From positions 12,216 through 76,215 of the forward strand of contig JBCLES010000005.1 in the NCBI GenBank assembly GCA_038913135.1: a stretch of 64,000 nucleotides of DNA, in the 5' to 3' direction. The position numbers and the translations under genes were made by a program. This DNA comes from Anaerolineae bacterium (GTDB lineage: Bacteria; Chloroflexota; Anaerolineae; Epilineales; Epilineaceae). Numbering within the stretch: position 1 is the stretch's first letter; every line of letters starts with the position of its first letter. This document shows, one piece after another, positions 37,441 to 47,651 of this stretch. The notes beneath the pieces are model-generated. The model was not told where the DNA came from. It made no database searches and was given only the letters and a program-made list of their open reading frames with translations.

Positions 37441-39531
37441 GTGCATGATGGTCAAGAGGATGTGAGTTCGGGCCTTTCAACCGAGCCACGGGTCATCGGC
37501 GTAGATGTCGGCGGGACTTTTACCGACTTCGCGCTGGTCGATCATCGGCCCTCGACGCTGACCATGCTCAAGGTGGCGTCGACCCCCAGCGACCCGGCGA
37601 AAGCGGTACTCGCCGGTCTTGACGGGTTGGACCCCGGGCGCACGGCATCGGTCGCGCACGGGACGACCGTGGCGACCAACGCGCTACTTGAACGGCGGGG
37701 TGCAAGGGTCGCGTTCGTGACCACGGCGGGCTTCGGCGACCTGTTGCGCCTGGGCCGCGGAGATCGGTCTGCCCTCTACTCGCTTACTCCGGAAAACCGG
37801 CCAAGTCTAGTGTTGGACAGCGACATACACGAGGTGGCCGAGCGTCTCGGAGCCGACGGCGGCGTGCTCAAGGCGCTAACCGATGCGGAGGCACTCCGTG
37901 TGGCCGAAGCTGTGGCAGCGTCAGGCGCCGAATCGATCGCGATCTGCTTCTTGCACGCATATGTGACCGACGAGCACGAACGCAAGGTCGCGGCCGCTAT
38001 CGTGGCCGCTCTAACGACTCGCGGTCGGCTGGATGTACCCGTTGCCTTCTCCTTCGACGTCCTGCCTGAGATGCGCGAATTCGAACGCGCCAGCACGACC
38101 GTCATGAACGCTTACTTGGCGCCACCGATGCGCGGCTATATCGAGCGACTTGCGGCTGGAGCACGCCCGCGCCGGCTGATGATCATGGGTTCCCACGGTG
38201 GCACGCTTCTGCCGAAGCGAGCTGCCGACAAGCCGATCGCCACTCTTCTATCCGGTCCGGCGGCCGGAGTCGCGGGGGCGTTGTACGTTGCCGAGCGCTG
38301 CGGCGTTCGCTCTATCCTCACCTTTGATATGGGCGGCACTTCGACCGACGTCGCGGTTTGTGACGGCGCGATGCCGCTCGTCGCCCGCTCGATAGTCGAC
38401 GGCTTCCCGATCAGTCGGGAAATGTTGGATGTGCACACTGTTGGCGCAGGCGGCGGATCGATCGTGCGCGCCGACGAGGTCGGGGCATTGCGTGTCGGAC
38501 CCGAAAGCGCCGGCGCCGATCCTGGTCCCGCATGCTACGGCCGCGGCGGCATCTACCCGACTATCACTGACGCTCACGCCGTGTTGGGTCGGCTGCCGGA
38601 AGGATTGCGCTTGGGCGACGGCCCCGGATCGGTCAGTGTTGACCCGGCGGCGGCGAGACAGGCGCTTTCGCCGATCGCAGAGCGGCTCGGGATCGGGGTC
38701 CAGGAGACCGCGCTCGTCGCCCTTCGCGTCGTCGAGAGCAACATGGAGCGCGCCCTCAGGAATATGACGATCGAGCGCGGGATCGACCCTTCGGAACTCA
38801 CGCTTGTCGCTTTCGGCGGCGCAGGACCTCTGCATGCATGTGCGCTCGCCGAAACGCTCGGCATCAGGTCGATCGTCCTTCCGACCTCGCCGGGAGCTTT
38901 GTCGGCGCTGGGCTTGCTCGTGTCGCCGCGAGCCTCGAGCGCCGCGCGCACAGTCCTGCGCCGCGGTGTCGGCCGATCAGCCTTCGAAGTGACCTATGAC
39001 GAGCTTGATCGGTCTGTTCTCGACGAACTGTTCGGTGACCTTGAAGACCGGCGCCTGAGGGCGGAGGCAGAGGCGGACGTGCTTGTGCTGCATGAAGCTG
39101 ATCTGCGCTACACCGGCCAATCATGGGAAATTACGGTTCCGTGGCTCATTGGAGAAACCGTGGGTGCTGTCTCAAAACGCTTTGAGGCGGAGCACTTCCA
39201 GCGCTATGGCTTCCGAAGCGATGGCTCGGCGACTGAAGTCGTGACCCTGCGTTCCCGTGCCCGGATGCCTCGTCCTCCGGACCTGCCAAGGGCAGTCGTT
39301 TCGAACGTTAAGTCCGGGCCGCCGTATCGCGCCGCAGTTGTGAACGATTCCGGACGTAGTATCGACTGCCGCGTTGTGGCGCGATCGGATATTTTGGTGA
39401 AAGATGCCTTGGATGGTCCGGCGATCATTACGCAGGCCGACTCTACCGCCTGGCTGCCGGAAGGTTGGCGGGCGCGGACGCTCGATTCCCTCGATATCTT
39501 GTTGGAGCGGCGGGCAAGCCAAGGAGTATGA
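37441..39531 (+). CDS. hydantoinase/oxoprolinase A-family protein (HyuA-like)
   Basis: IGVDVGGTFTDFALVD, HGTTVATNALLERRG, FDMGGTSTDV, GAGGGSI, AFGGAGPLHA. No HyuB partner is adjacent. Confidence 0.88.
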   Translation: MHDGQEDVSSGLSTEPRVIGVDVGGTFTDFALVDHRPSTLTMLKVASTPSDPAKAVLAGLDGLDPGRTASVAHGTTVATNALLERRGARVAFVTTAGFGDLLRLGRGDRSALYSLTPENRPSLVLDSDIHEVAERLGADGGVLKALTDAEALRVAEAVAASGAESIAICFLHAYVTDEHERKVAAAIVAALTTRGRLDVPVAFSFDVLPEMREFERASTTVMNAYLAPPMRGYIERLAAGARPRRLMIMGSHGGTLLPKRAADKPIATLLSGPAAGVAGALYVAERCGVRSILTFDMGGTSTDVAVCDGAMPLVARSIVDGFPISREMLDVHTVGAGGGSIVRADEVGALRVGPESAGADPGPACYGRGGIYPTITDAHAVLGRLPEGLRLGDGPGSVSVDPAAARQALSPIAERLGIGVQETALVALRVVESNMERALRNMTIERGIDPSELTLVAFGGAGPLHACALAETLGIRSIVLPTSPGALSALGLLVSPRASSAARTVLRRGVGRSAFEVTYDELDRSVLDELFGDLEDRRLRAEAEADVLVLHEADLRYTGQSWEITVPWLIGETVGAVSKRFEAEHFQRYGFRSDGSATEVVTLRSRARMPRPPDLPRAVVSNVKSGPPYRAAVVNDSGRSIDCRVVARSDILVKDALDGPAIITQADSTAWLPEGWRARTLDSLDILLERRASQGV

Positions 39532-39646
39532 CGCACAACATCGGGTTTGGGTTATCAACACATTACCGCCAGGCCGTATCTCCGGTACCAGAACGCACGT
39601 TTTATCAACCGGCGTGCACACCACGCTCGTACGCTGAGGAGAGGGT

Positions 39647-42600
39647 ATGTCGGTCCTGCGCGCGCAGCTGCTCGGCTCGCCACAGGTCACGATCGAAGGA
39701 AGGTCGGTGGAGCTCGGTACCGGGCGGATCCGCGCCGTGCTCTGTTTCCTGCTCGCGACCCGTCAGTTTCATTCACGGGAGCGGCTGGCCGCATTCTTCT
39801 GGCCGGATGTGCCGGAGAAGAACGCGCTGGCTTCTTTGCGTACGGCCTTGTACGAGCTTCGCCGAGCGCTGGGAACGGAATCCTCGGGGGTTCTTGTCAT
39901 CGAGCGCGGACGCGTCGGTATCGAGCCGACAGTCGATATCGATCTGGATCTGGCGCGGCTCGAAGCGATTGGCGAATGTGGGTTCGAGGCCACCCTAGAG
40001 CAGCTGGAGGCGGCCACCGCCGTTTGGCGGGGACCGCTGCTGGATGGCGTTTCGGTGCCGGACGCCTACGACTTTGACGATTGGGTGTTTCTCGAACGCG
40101 AGCGGCTCCACCAGCTCTACATCAGCGCTCTGTGCCGTGCCGCCGAACAGCATGCGGAGCATGGGCACTTTGACCGAGCGATCGACGCGGCGCGGCGTGT
40201 TCTCGCGGTCGATCCATTGCGTGAAGAGATTCATCGAGCGCTGATGCGCTACCTCGCGCAAGATGGCCAGCGGGCAGCGGCGTTGGCGCAATATAAGGTT
40301 TGCGAAGCGCGGCTGCGCAGTGAACTCGATGTGGAACCCCTTGCCTCGACACGAAAGCTCTACGAACGCATTGCGGCCGACGAGCGGCTCGATGTGGACT
40401 CAGACGGCCCATCGCCCATAGCTCGCGCCGCGGCCGATCGAAGTCGAAGGGCAAGCCGACTGGTCATTGGCGTCGACTCGCCGTTCGAAGAGCAATCCGG
40501 CGTGCCCTTCGTGGGCCGAGGCTTTGAGCGGCAGGTGCTTCGGCAGGCGTGGGTTGCTGCAGCGGCGGGCAGGGGATCGTTCGTCCTCGTCGCCGGCGAA
40601 GCGGGCATCGGCAAGACGCGGCTGGTCTCGGATCTGATTTCGAGCGCCTCCGACGCCGGTCGAGTGCTTTTCGGTCGCTGTTGGGAATCGACCATCGCTG
40701 AGCCTTACGGCCCGGTCCTGGACGCTTTCCGCTCTTCGAGCCCGCCTCTGGACTTCGCGGCGCTTGATCTGCCTTCGGTGTGGTTCAGGGAGCTTGCCAG
40801 GCTGTTGCCGGAACTCGAGCCGCTTCTCGAAGGTGAAAGCTCTGGGCCTCTTGACGGAGTCAGGGATCGTGATCGCCTTTTTGAAGGCGTGCGGGCGGCA
40901 CTCAGGGCCATGTGCTCGGATCGGCCGATCCTCCTCGTGGTCGATGACATACACTGGGCAGACGAGACATCTTTGAGCCTGATCGCTCACGTTGCGCGCG
41001 GTGCAAATGACATGCACCTCTTGATCGTCGCGCTCAGCAGGGATGAGCATTTCCCGACGGCCCGGCAGCCTCAGCTCAGAGCGCTCGAAGCATGCGGTCG
41101 ACGGCTCGACGTGCGACCTCTGGATTCAGCGGACGCAGCTGAACTCGTGCGGGTGATGTCGGCATCGCGCGAACTGCCCGCGCGTTTCGGCGCAAGGATC
41201 CATGAACGGAGCGGTGGCAACCCATTCTTCCTGGTCGAGACGCTGCATGCGCTGTTCGACCAGCGGTCCGTCGAACGCGACGAAGACGGGCGATGGACCA
41301 CCACTCCCGGCTCAGCCGCCGCGGACTATGCCGCTCTACCGATGCCTGAGCGCGTCGGCCACATCGTCGACTCCAGACTCGATCGCCTGGATGATGACTC
41401 GCGGCGCCTGCTTGAATGCGCTGCTGTACTTCGCAGGGGCTTTGGCTTCGAACTTATACAGCGGTTGTCCGGCCTGGAAGTCCGCGAAGGCCTTGATGCG
41501 CTCGACGCGTTGCTGATGCACGGTCTGATCGAGGAAGCTGGAGAGGAAGGGCTGGAAGCGCAATTCGACTTTCATCATGCGCTCGTGCGCGAGCGGGTAT
41601 ACAGCAGCCTTTCCGGTGCGCGGCGTCAGCACCTGCACCGACAAGTTGCCGGTCGGCTTGAAACGGATCAGCCGGAGGCGCCGGACCGCGTCGCGTACCA
41701 TTACCTCCGCGGCGGCGACAGGCGACGAGCGTGCGAATGGTCATTGCGGGCCGGCGAATCTGCCATGGCCGTCTATGCGCACGAGGATGCCCTTTCGCAC
41801 TTTCGAACCGCGTCTCAGCTGGCCGCTCACGCGGAAGAAGAGTTGGCCGCGGACGCGGGTGCCGGAGATGCGGCCGCTGGACTTGGACGCCCTGCCGAAG
41901 CCGTCGAACACTATCTTTCCGCCCTCGATCATGCTGCGACGCCGGAAACGCGAGCGGACTTGTTGCGGCGAATCGGTCGATCACATGAGCGCCAGGGTGC
42001 TTTCGACGATGCGATCATAGCTTTCGAGAGCGCGCGCACCGCGCTTCGGGGGCGGTCGGTCTCTCTCGAAGCCGTTCGCATCGCAGATGGCTTAGCTACG
42101 GTCTATGTCAGGCTCGGCCGGATAGATCAGGCCCGGGCGTTGTGTCAAGATGCCCTCACGCTTCTTGAAATGTGCGACAGGCTTGGGGCCGAAGATCACG
42201 ACAAGGCTGAAGCTTGGGTGCGCAATACGCTCGGAATGGCTTGTCTACACGGCGATAGATATCCGGAGGCGATCGAGAGCCTTACCCGCAGTCTTGAGCT
42301 GAAGCGCGGGTTGAAGGATCGGCTTGGTGAGGCTACTTTGTTGAACAATCTCGGGGTGGTGCACTATCACGCCGGACGGGACGACGAGGCGCGCCAACGG
42401 TATTCCGAGAGCCTTGAAATCAAGGCGTCGATTGGGGACCTATACGGCCTCGCGATCGGATACACCAACCTGGCCTTGATCGAAACCCATCTGGGCCTTC
42501 TGGATGACGCGGACCTAAATCTCAAGGCAGCACGTCGGGCGGCCGAGGACGTGCGGGCCATCTGGTTACACCCTGAAATCCATCGGATCGGGGCACAACT

Positions 42601-42964
42601 TGCACTGGCCAGAAACGATCTGGGCACGGCGCGGTGCGAAGCGCAGAGGGCATTGGAGCAAGCGGAGTCACTAGGCGTGCCGGCGTTCATCGGCGTTGCT
42701 TATCGTGTGCTTGGCCAAGTCTGCGCCGCCGACGGCGAGGACGACGAGGTCGCCGGAGCACACTTTGAGACCAGCATGGCCGTGTTCGAAATGCTCGAGA
42801 ATCGGCACGAGATGGCCAAAACGCAGGCCGCGCTGGGCGCTTCGCTCCTCGGCTCCGGCAAAGGCGATGCTGCGATCCCACATCTCCAGGCGGCGCTCGA
42901 GGTGTTTCGGAGCGCGGGTGCCGAAGGTCGTGCCGAGCGGATCCAAGTTCTGCTCCGACGATAA
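39647..42964 (+). CDS. SARP/BTAD-family transcriptional regulator fused to a STAND AAA ATPase and TPR repeats
   Basis: N-terminal winged-helix plus BTAD (WRGPLLDG..DFDDWVFLERERL..REEIHRALMRYLAQDGQRAAALAQY), Walker A GEAGIGKTRL, Walker B LLVVDDIHWAD, and a TPR-rich C-terminal half. Confidence 0.85.
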   Translation: MSVLRAQLLGSPQVTIEGRSVELGTGRIRAVLCFLLATRQFHSRERLAAFFWPDVPEKNALASLRTALYELRRALGTESSGVLVIERGRVGIEPTVDIDLDLARLEAIGECGFEATLEQLEAATAVWRGPLLDGVSVPDAYDFDDWVFLERERLHQLYISALCRAAEQHAEHGHFDRAIDAARRVLAVDPLREEIHRALMRYLAQDGQRAAALAQYKVCEARLRSELDVEPLASTRKLYERIAADERLDVDSDGPSPIARAAADRSRRASRLVIGVDSPFEEQSGVPFVGRGFERQVLRQAWVAAAAGRGSFVLVAGEAGIGKTRLVSDLISSASDAGRVLFGRCWESTIAEPYGPVLDAFRSSSPPLDFAALDLPSVWFRELARLLPELEPLLEGESSGPLDGVRDRDRLFEGVRAALRAMCSDRPILLVVDDIHWADETSLSLIAHVARGANDMHLLIVALSRDEHFPTARQPQLRALEACGRRLDVRPLDSADAAELVRVMSASRELPARFGARIHERSGGNPFFLVETLHALFDQRSVERDEDGRWTTTPGSAAADYAALPMPERVGHIVDSRLDRLDDDSRRLLECAAVLRRGFGFELIQRLSGLEVREGLDALDALLMHGLIEEAGEEGLEAQFDFHHALVRERVYSSLSGARRQHLHRQVAGRLETDQPEAPDRVAYHYLRGGDRRRACEWSLRAGESAMAVYAHEDALSHFRTASQLAAHAEEELAADAGAGDAAAGLGRPAEAVEHYLSALDHAATPETRADLLRRIGRSHERQGAFDDAIIAFESARTALRGRSVSLEAVRIADGLATVYVRLGRIDQARALCQDALTLLEMCDRLGAEDHDKAEAWVRNTLGMACLHGDRYPEAIESLTRSLELKRGLKDRLGEATLLNNLGVVHYHAGRDDEARQRYSESLEIKASIGDLYGLAIGYTNLALIETHLGLLDDADLNLKAARRAAEDVRAIWLHPEIHRIGAQLALARNDLGTARCEAQRALEQAESLGVPAFIGVAYRVLGQVCAADGEDDEVAGAHFETSMAVFEMLENRHEMAKTQAALGASLLGSGKGDAAIPHLQAALEVFRSAGAEGRAERIQVLLRR

Positions 42965-43101
42965 GTCTCATCCAGGAACGCTGCCGACATATGGGATCGC
43001 TGCTCGGGAGTGCCGTTCGATGTAGCTGCTCAATCTCGGCACATATTAGCGCCGCTGAGTATCGGCGCTCACGATCGTCCCTCCGCATAGCTTGAGGGCA
43101 T

Positions 43102-45147
43102 ATGCCCAACGCACTTCGCGAATCGAATTCGCCGTACCTCCTTCAGCACGCCGACAATCCCGTCGAGTGGATGGAGTGGGGAAGCCCTGTATTCGAGACG
43201 GCCCGAAGTCTCGATCGGCCCATTCTGTTGTCGATCGGCTACTCCGCCTGTCACTGGTGCCACGTGATGGCCCACGAATCTTTCGAAAACAATGAAATCG
43301 CAGCCGTCATGAACGAGAATTTCGTCAACGTGAAGGTGGATCGCGAAGAGCGGCCCGACATCGACGCGGTCTATATGAACGCTGTGCAAGCGATGACCGG
43401 CCACGGGGGATGGCCGCTGACGGTATTCCTCACGCCTGCGGGCGAACCGTTCTACGGCGGCACATACTTCCCGCCGACCAGCAGACATGGCATGGTCGGC
43501 TTCGAAGAGCTCCTGATGGGGGTTGCAGAAGCGTGGCGAGGTCGACGTGACGAAGTGCAGGCCAGCGCGGAGGGGCTCGTCGGGCTGCTCCGTAAATCGG
43601 CTGCAAGTAAGGCGCAAGTCGCTATCACGCGTGATGCCATCGACCGCGCGGCTCACGCCATGCTCCGATCGATTGACCAAATGCATGGCGGGTTCGGCGG
43701 TCATCCGAAGTTCCCAAACGCTGCGAACCTGCGCTTTCTGCTCATGCACGGCGCACGAACGGGAGATCCGAACGCTATCGCTGCGGTCTCCGCGGCGATG
43801 GACGGCATGTCGGCCGGCGGGATCCTCGATCAGCTCGGCGGCGGCTTCCATCGCTACTCGGTTGATGCTTCGTGGACGGTTCCGCACTTCGAGAAGATGC
43901 TTTACGACAATGCGCAGCTCATCGACCTCTTGGTCGCAACGTGGTCCGTCACCGGCCACGATCGATTCTTGGCGGTCGCGGACGGCGTCGTCGATTGGGC
44001 ATTGTCCGAAATGGTGGGTCCTGAAGGCGGCTTCTTCGCGACCCAAGACGCCGATACATCCGACGGCGAAGGGTACTTTTTCTCCTGGTCGCGGGCGGAA
44101 CTCGACGATGCGTTGGGCGCCGAACTCGGCGCGCTCGCGGCTACATGGTACGGAGTTTCTGACCACGGCACGTTCGAGCGCGGCAGGAGCGTCCTGACGC
44201 GAAGCCGCTCCGCGGATCAGCTTGCAGCCGACCGGGGCGTCTCAACGGAAGCCCTTCACGCGGATCTCGAAGTGATAAGATCGCGACTGCTTGACGCGCG
44301 CGACAGGCGGGAGCGGCCGGCTACCGACACCAAAGTTGTCACTGAGTGGAACGGACTCATGATCGACGCCCTTGCGCGCGGCGCGGTGCTGACGGGGCGC
44401 GAAAAGTGGCTCGAAGCCGCTCGCCGAGCTGCGGACTTCGTCCTCGGGCCGATGCGCGACTCGGACGGCGAGCTGGTGCATAGCTGGCGCGAGGGTCGTT
44501 CCGGCGGCCCGGCGTTCCTTGAGGATTACATGGTGATGGCGCGCGCCGCGGTTTCACTTTGGAATGCGGACTTCGATCCCCAGTGGTTGGAAGCCGCATG
44601 GTCGCTCACCCGAACCGGGCTGGATAGGTTTGGCGATGACGGCGAGCCAGGAGTCCTACTGCGCAGGAGCGGGACGCTCCACGAGACGCTGATCATAGAG
44701 GAGCGCGAGATCGGCGACGGATCTACACCGAGCGGCAATGCGCTGGCAGCAGACGTATTGTGGCGCCTTGGCGCTTTGCTCCAGGATCCTGGGCTCATAG
44801 AACGCTCAGAGCGGATCGTCGAACACGGACTCGCCATCGCCGCAAACACTCCTCTGGCGGTCGGAGCGTCGCTCAGCGTCGCGACTGAATTGGTCGACGG
44901 TATTCGCGAAATAGCGGTGTTCAGCCCTGGCGGCCATGACGACCCGCTACTCAGAGCCGCGCGCGGGGCGTTGACTCCCGGTGTGGTCGTGGCGTGGTCG
45001 CCGGGACCGGTAGAATCGCATATGGTGCCCTGGCTTGCCGGGCGTCCGATGCCGAACGGCAGACCGGTCGCCTATGTTTGCTCAGACATGACTTGCGGAC
45101 CGCCGATCCATGATACGCTCGACTTGCTGGCAGCTCTGCGCGTGTAA
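43102..45147 (+). CDS. yyaL: thioredoxin-domain protein YyaL (DUF255 plus six-hairpin glycosidase-like domain)
   Basis: YLLQHADNPVEWMEWG....ILLSIGYSACHWCHVMAHESFEN....GGWPLTVFLTP...KMLYDNAQL. Confidence 0.88.
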   Translation: MPNALRESNSPYLLQHADNPVEWMEWGSPVFETARSLDRPILLSIGYSACHWCHVMAHESFENNEIAAVMNENFVNVKVDREERPDIDAVYMNAVQAMTGHGGWPLTVFLTPAGEPFYGGTYFPPTSRHGMVGFEELLMGVAEAWRGRRDEVQASAEGLVGLLRKSAASKAQVAITRDAIDRAAHAMLRSIDQMHGGFGGHPKFPNAANLRFLLMHGARTGDPNAIAAVSAAMDGMSAGGILDQLGGGFHRYSVDASWTVPHFEKMLYDNAQLIDLLVATWSVTGHDRFLAVADGVVDWALSEMVGPEGGFFATQDADTSDGEGYFFSWSRAELDDALGAELGALAATWYGVSDHGTFERGRSVLTRSRSADQLAADRGVSTEALHADLEVIRSRLLDARDRRERPATDTKVVTEWNGLMIDALARGAVLTGREKWLEAARRAADFVLGPMRDSDGELVHSWREGRSGGPAFLEDYMVMARAAVSLWNADFDPQWLEAAWSLTRTGLDRFGDDGEPGVLLRRSGTLHETLIIEEREIGDGSTPSGNALAADVLWRLGALLQDPGLIERSERIVEHGLAIAANTPLAVGASLSVATELVDGIREIAVFSPGGHDDPLLRAARGALTPGVVVAWSPGPVESHMVPWLAGRPMPNGRPVAYVCSDMTCGPPIHDTLDLLAALRV

Positions 45148-45236
45148 GCGCGAGACGGCAGCGTCGTGGGCGGTTCAGTCGTCGAGGTCATCCAAAAGCC
45201 GGATAATCTCGCTTTCCCGGCGCCCGGATCTGGACC

Positions 45237-46244
45237 TCATTCATCCCAGTCGTCGTCCAAGTCCGGGTCCAGATCCTGATCGTCACCTAGCGGATTCGAC
45301 CAATAGTCCATATCGCCTTCGCCGAGCGCCACGGTGGCCAGAGCTTCGTCGATCGCGTCGACTTCATCCTCGTCTAAGGCCTCCTTGGCTAAACGCTCTA
45401 GGATTCCGCGTGCGGAACCGCCTCCGATCTCGCCGAGCGCCCAAATCGCTTCCATCCTGAGCTCATGGTCTTCCTCGGAGGCGAGGCGGGCAAGAAGCGG
45501 GGTCGCCTCTCTCAGTGCCAGCTCGCCCGCCGCACGAGCAGCTTCGAAGCGCAGCTCGGCGTCATCGTCGTCGAGCCCCAATAGAACGTCTTCGCTCCAC
45601 TTTTCATCCGCGGAATGACCCATCGCCCGCAGCGCGCCGGCTCTGAGCTCGGCCTCGTTCGATCGAACACCGGCTTCAATGAGCGGCGAGACCACCGACT
45701 CCCCGGAGTAGCCAAGCGACTCAAGGGAGCGACGCCGGACATCGACGTCCTCGCCCTCGTCCTCGAATGCATCGACAAGGGCCACGATGGTCGGGGCTAT
45801 CCTATCGGCCGAAATCAATCCGAGCTCGGCCCTTTCGATGAACGCGCCGAGCGCCGCGCCTGCCCGCGCGCGCACTTTGGCCGCGGAATCGCCCTTCAGC
45901 ATCGCGACGAAACGCGGGATGAGTCGCGGCGCGGTGCTCTCCCACAGCCCATCGATAGCCGCGGAGCGGACGATATGATCGTCATCATCCAGCAGAGAAT
46001 CGAACAGCGGTGCGAACTCTAGGTGGACGTCCGCCTCAGCAGTCTCTACAAGCGTCTTGGCGATGTGCTGCCTGATTTCGGGCTCGAAGGCGGGCATGAG
46101 ACTCCGCCATCGATCGAGCTCATCCGCGGTGGCGTGCGATAGATGGCCGACGATCCCTGCCGAACCTACGCCTGTCCGCTCACCGAGCTGTGCGATCGCG
46201 CCATCGAAATCGCGCTCGGTCGAAAGCTCGTCCCATTCGCTCAT
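45237..46244 (-). CDS. HEAT-repeat protein with highly acidic C-terminus
   Basis: Repeated xVRxxAAxALGxxG-type helices (VRSAAIDGLWES; KVRARAGAALGAF; LRAGALRAMGHS; LRMEAIWALGEIGG). Start ATG 46244 overlaps the rseP stop (ATGA). Confidence 0.65.
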   Translation of the reverse strand: MSEWDELSTERDFDGAIAQLGERTGVGSAGIVGHLSHATADELDRWRSLMPAFEPEIRQHIAKTLVETAEADVHLEFAPLFDSLLDDDDHIVRSAAIDGLWESTAPRLIPRFVAMLKGDSAAKVRARAGAALGAFIERAELGLISADRIAPTIVALVDAFEDEGEDVDVRRRSLESLGYSGESVVSPLIEAGVRSNEAELRAGALRAMGHSADEKWSEDVLLGLDDDDAELRFEAARAAGELALREATPLLARLASEEDHELRMEAIWALGEIGGGSARGILERLAKEALDEDEVDAIDEALATVALGEGDMDYWSNPLGDDQDLDPDLDDDWDE

Positions 46245-47527
46245 GGGCTTCCGACCGACCCGACGCCGAACACCTCGCTGACCGTTATCCACAATACAAG
46301 TCCGATCACGACAACGATGCCTACGATATGAACAAGCTCCTCGCGTCGCGGTTCAAGCCGCCGGCCTCGAAGGGCTTCCATGGCGATGAAGACAAGGCGA
46401 CCGCCGTCGAGGCCGGGAATGGGCAGCAGGTTGAAGATGGCAAGGTTGATCGAGAGCATAACCATGAAGCCGAGCAGCGGCGCAGTGCCCGCCTCGCCGG
46501 CTTCGCGTCCCAGGCGCGCGATGCCGACCGGACCAGCGAGATCCGCTTCGAGCGACCCAGTTATCATCTGTCCCAGCCCGTCGATTATCAGCCCCGTGAG
46601 CTCGATAGAGCGGCCGGCGCCGTAAGCTAGCGCAGCGAAAGGACCAAGTTTCTCCTGGAAGCCGAGCGAATCGATATAGACGCCGATCGTGCCGTCATCC
46701 GGAGTCACTTCGACCTCGATAACCTCGACTGCAGCGCCGGCTTCGGACCGCAGAACGATCGCCTGCTCGCCTGCTTGGGGTCCAACTTCTGAGTCGACGA
46801 CGAGGTCGCCGGTTCTCAAAGCGTTCTCGCTACCGGCAACTTGAACGCTGCTTACCTGCCAGGCATCGAAGCCACCGAGTGACGTCGGCTGAGTCTCGAA
46901 TTGGTCCGGCACATCGACATACAGTGTCGAATCGAGACCGCGAATCAACGTGAGCTGCAACGCCGATGCACCAGCCCCCTGTGCCGCGTCCATCAAGGCC
47001 TTCATCGCGGGCGTCGCGCGCGAGTCTTCTTCGACAGGTATGGCCGCGAGCGGCTGGCCATCTATGGCTACGAGGATATCGCCTTCGAGGACTCCGGCCA
47101 TCGCCGCCGGCTGATCCTCGATGATCCCTGCGATCCTGACGGTCTCATCGGACGCGACCTCGATCGGGGAGCCGTACACCCAACCCAGGCCGGCGAGGAG
47201 AATGGCGGCGAACAAGATGTTCGCGATCGGTCCCGCCAACAGCACTATGGCCCGCCCGCCGGCACTTGCGGATAGAAATCCGCCCTCTAGATCGGCATCG
47301 TCCATCCCGGGCAACTTAACGAAGCCGCCTAGGGGCAACCAATTGAGCGTGTACTCCGTCTCACCGATGGTGAAGAGCCGGGCCATCCGGGGAGGAAAAC
47401 CAATCCCGAATTCTTCAACTCGAATGCCGTTGAGCTTGGCCAGGACGAAGTGGCCGAATTCGTGTACGAGGACTAGCGGGAACAGTGAGACAAAGAAATA
47501 GAGCGCTGTGATCAGAGCGTCGGGCAT
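46241..47527 (-). CDS. rseP: RIP metalloprotease RseP (site-2 protease, M50)
   Basis: LVLVHEFGHFVLAKLNGI (HExxH), PDZ region, NLAIFNLLPIPGLDGG. Start set at MPDALITALYFF (47527). Confidence 0.9.
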   Translation of the reverse strand: MPDALITALYFFVSLFPLVLVHEFGHFVLAKLNGIRVEEFGIGFPPRMARLFTIGETEYTLNWLPLGGFVKLPGMDDADLEGGFLSASAGGRAIVLLAGPIANILFAAILLAGLGWVYGSPIEVASDETVRIAGIIEDQPAAMAGVLEGDILVAIDGQPLAAIPVEEDSRATPAMKALMDAAQGAGASALQLTLIRGLDSTLYVDVPDQFETQPTSLGGFDAWQVSSVQVAGSENALRTGDLVVDSEVGPQAGEQAIVLRSEAGAAVEVIEVEVTPDDGTIGVYIDSLGFQEKLGPFAALAYGAGRSIELTGLIIDGLGQMITGSLEADLAGPVGIARLGREAGEAGTAPLLGFMVMLSINLAIFNLLPIPGLDGGRLVFIAMEALRGRRLEPRREELVHIVGIVVVIGLVLWITVSEVFGVGSVGSP

Positions 47528-47651
47528 AAGTTCAGGAGTCCTCGAGCACGTCAGGGCGCTGCCGGTCGAATCGAGCAATGATACCAGCCCCGCCGCGACC
47601 GAGAAAAGACGCGCATGCTATACTTTTCGCCCTCACCCACAGGTGACCACG

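Noticed and set aside
43069-44166. 365-aa minus-strand ORF
   Set aside because: It lies entirely antisense to the clearly recognisable yyaL gene (CHWCH thioredoxin motif). The translation is Arg/Pro-rich with no motifs, a typical high-GC shadow ORF.
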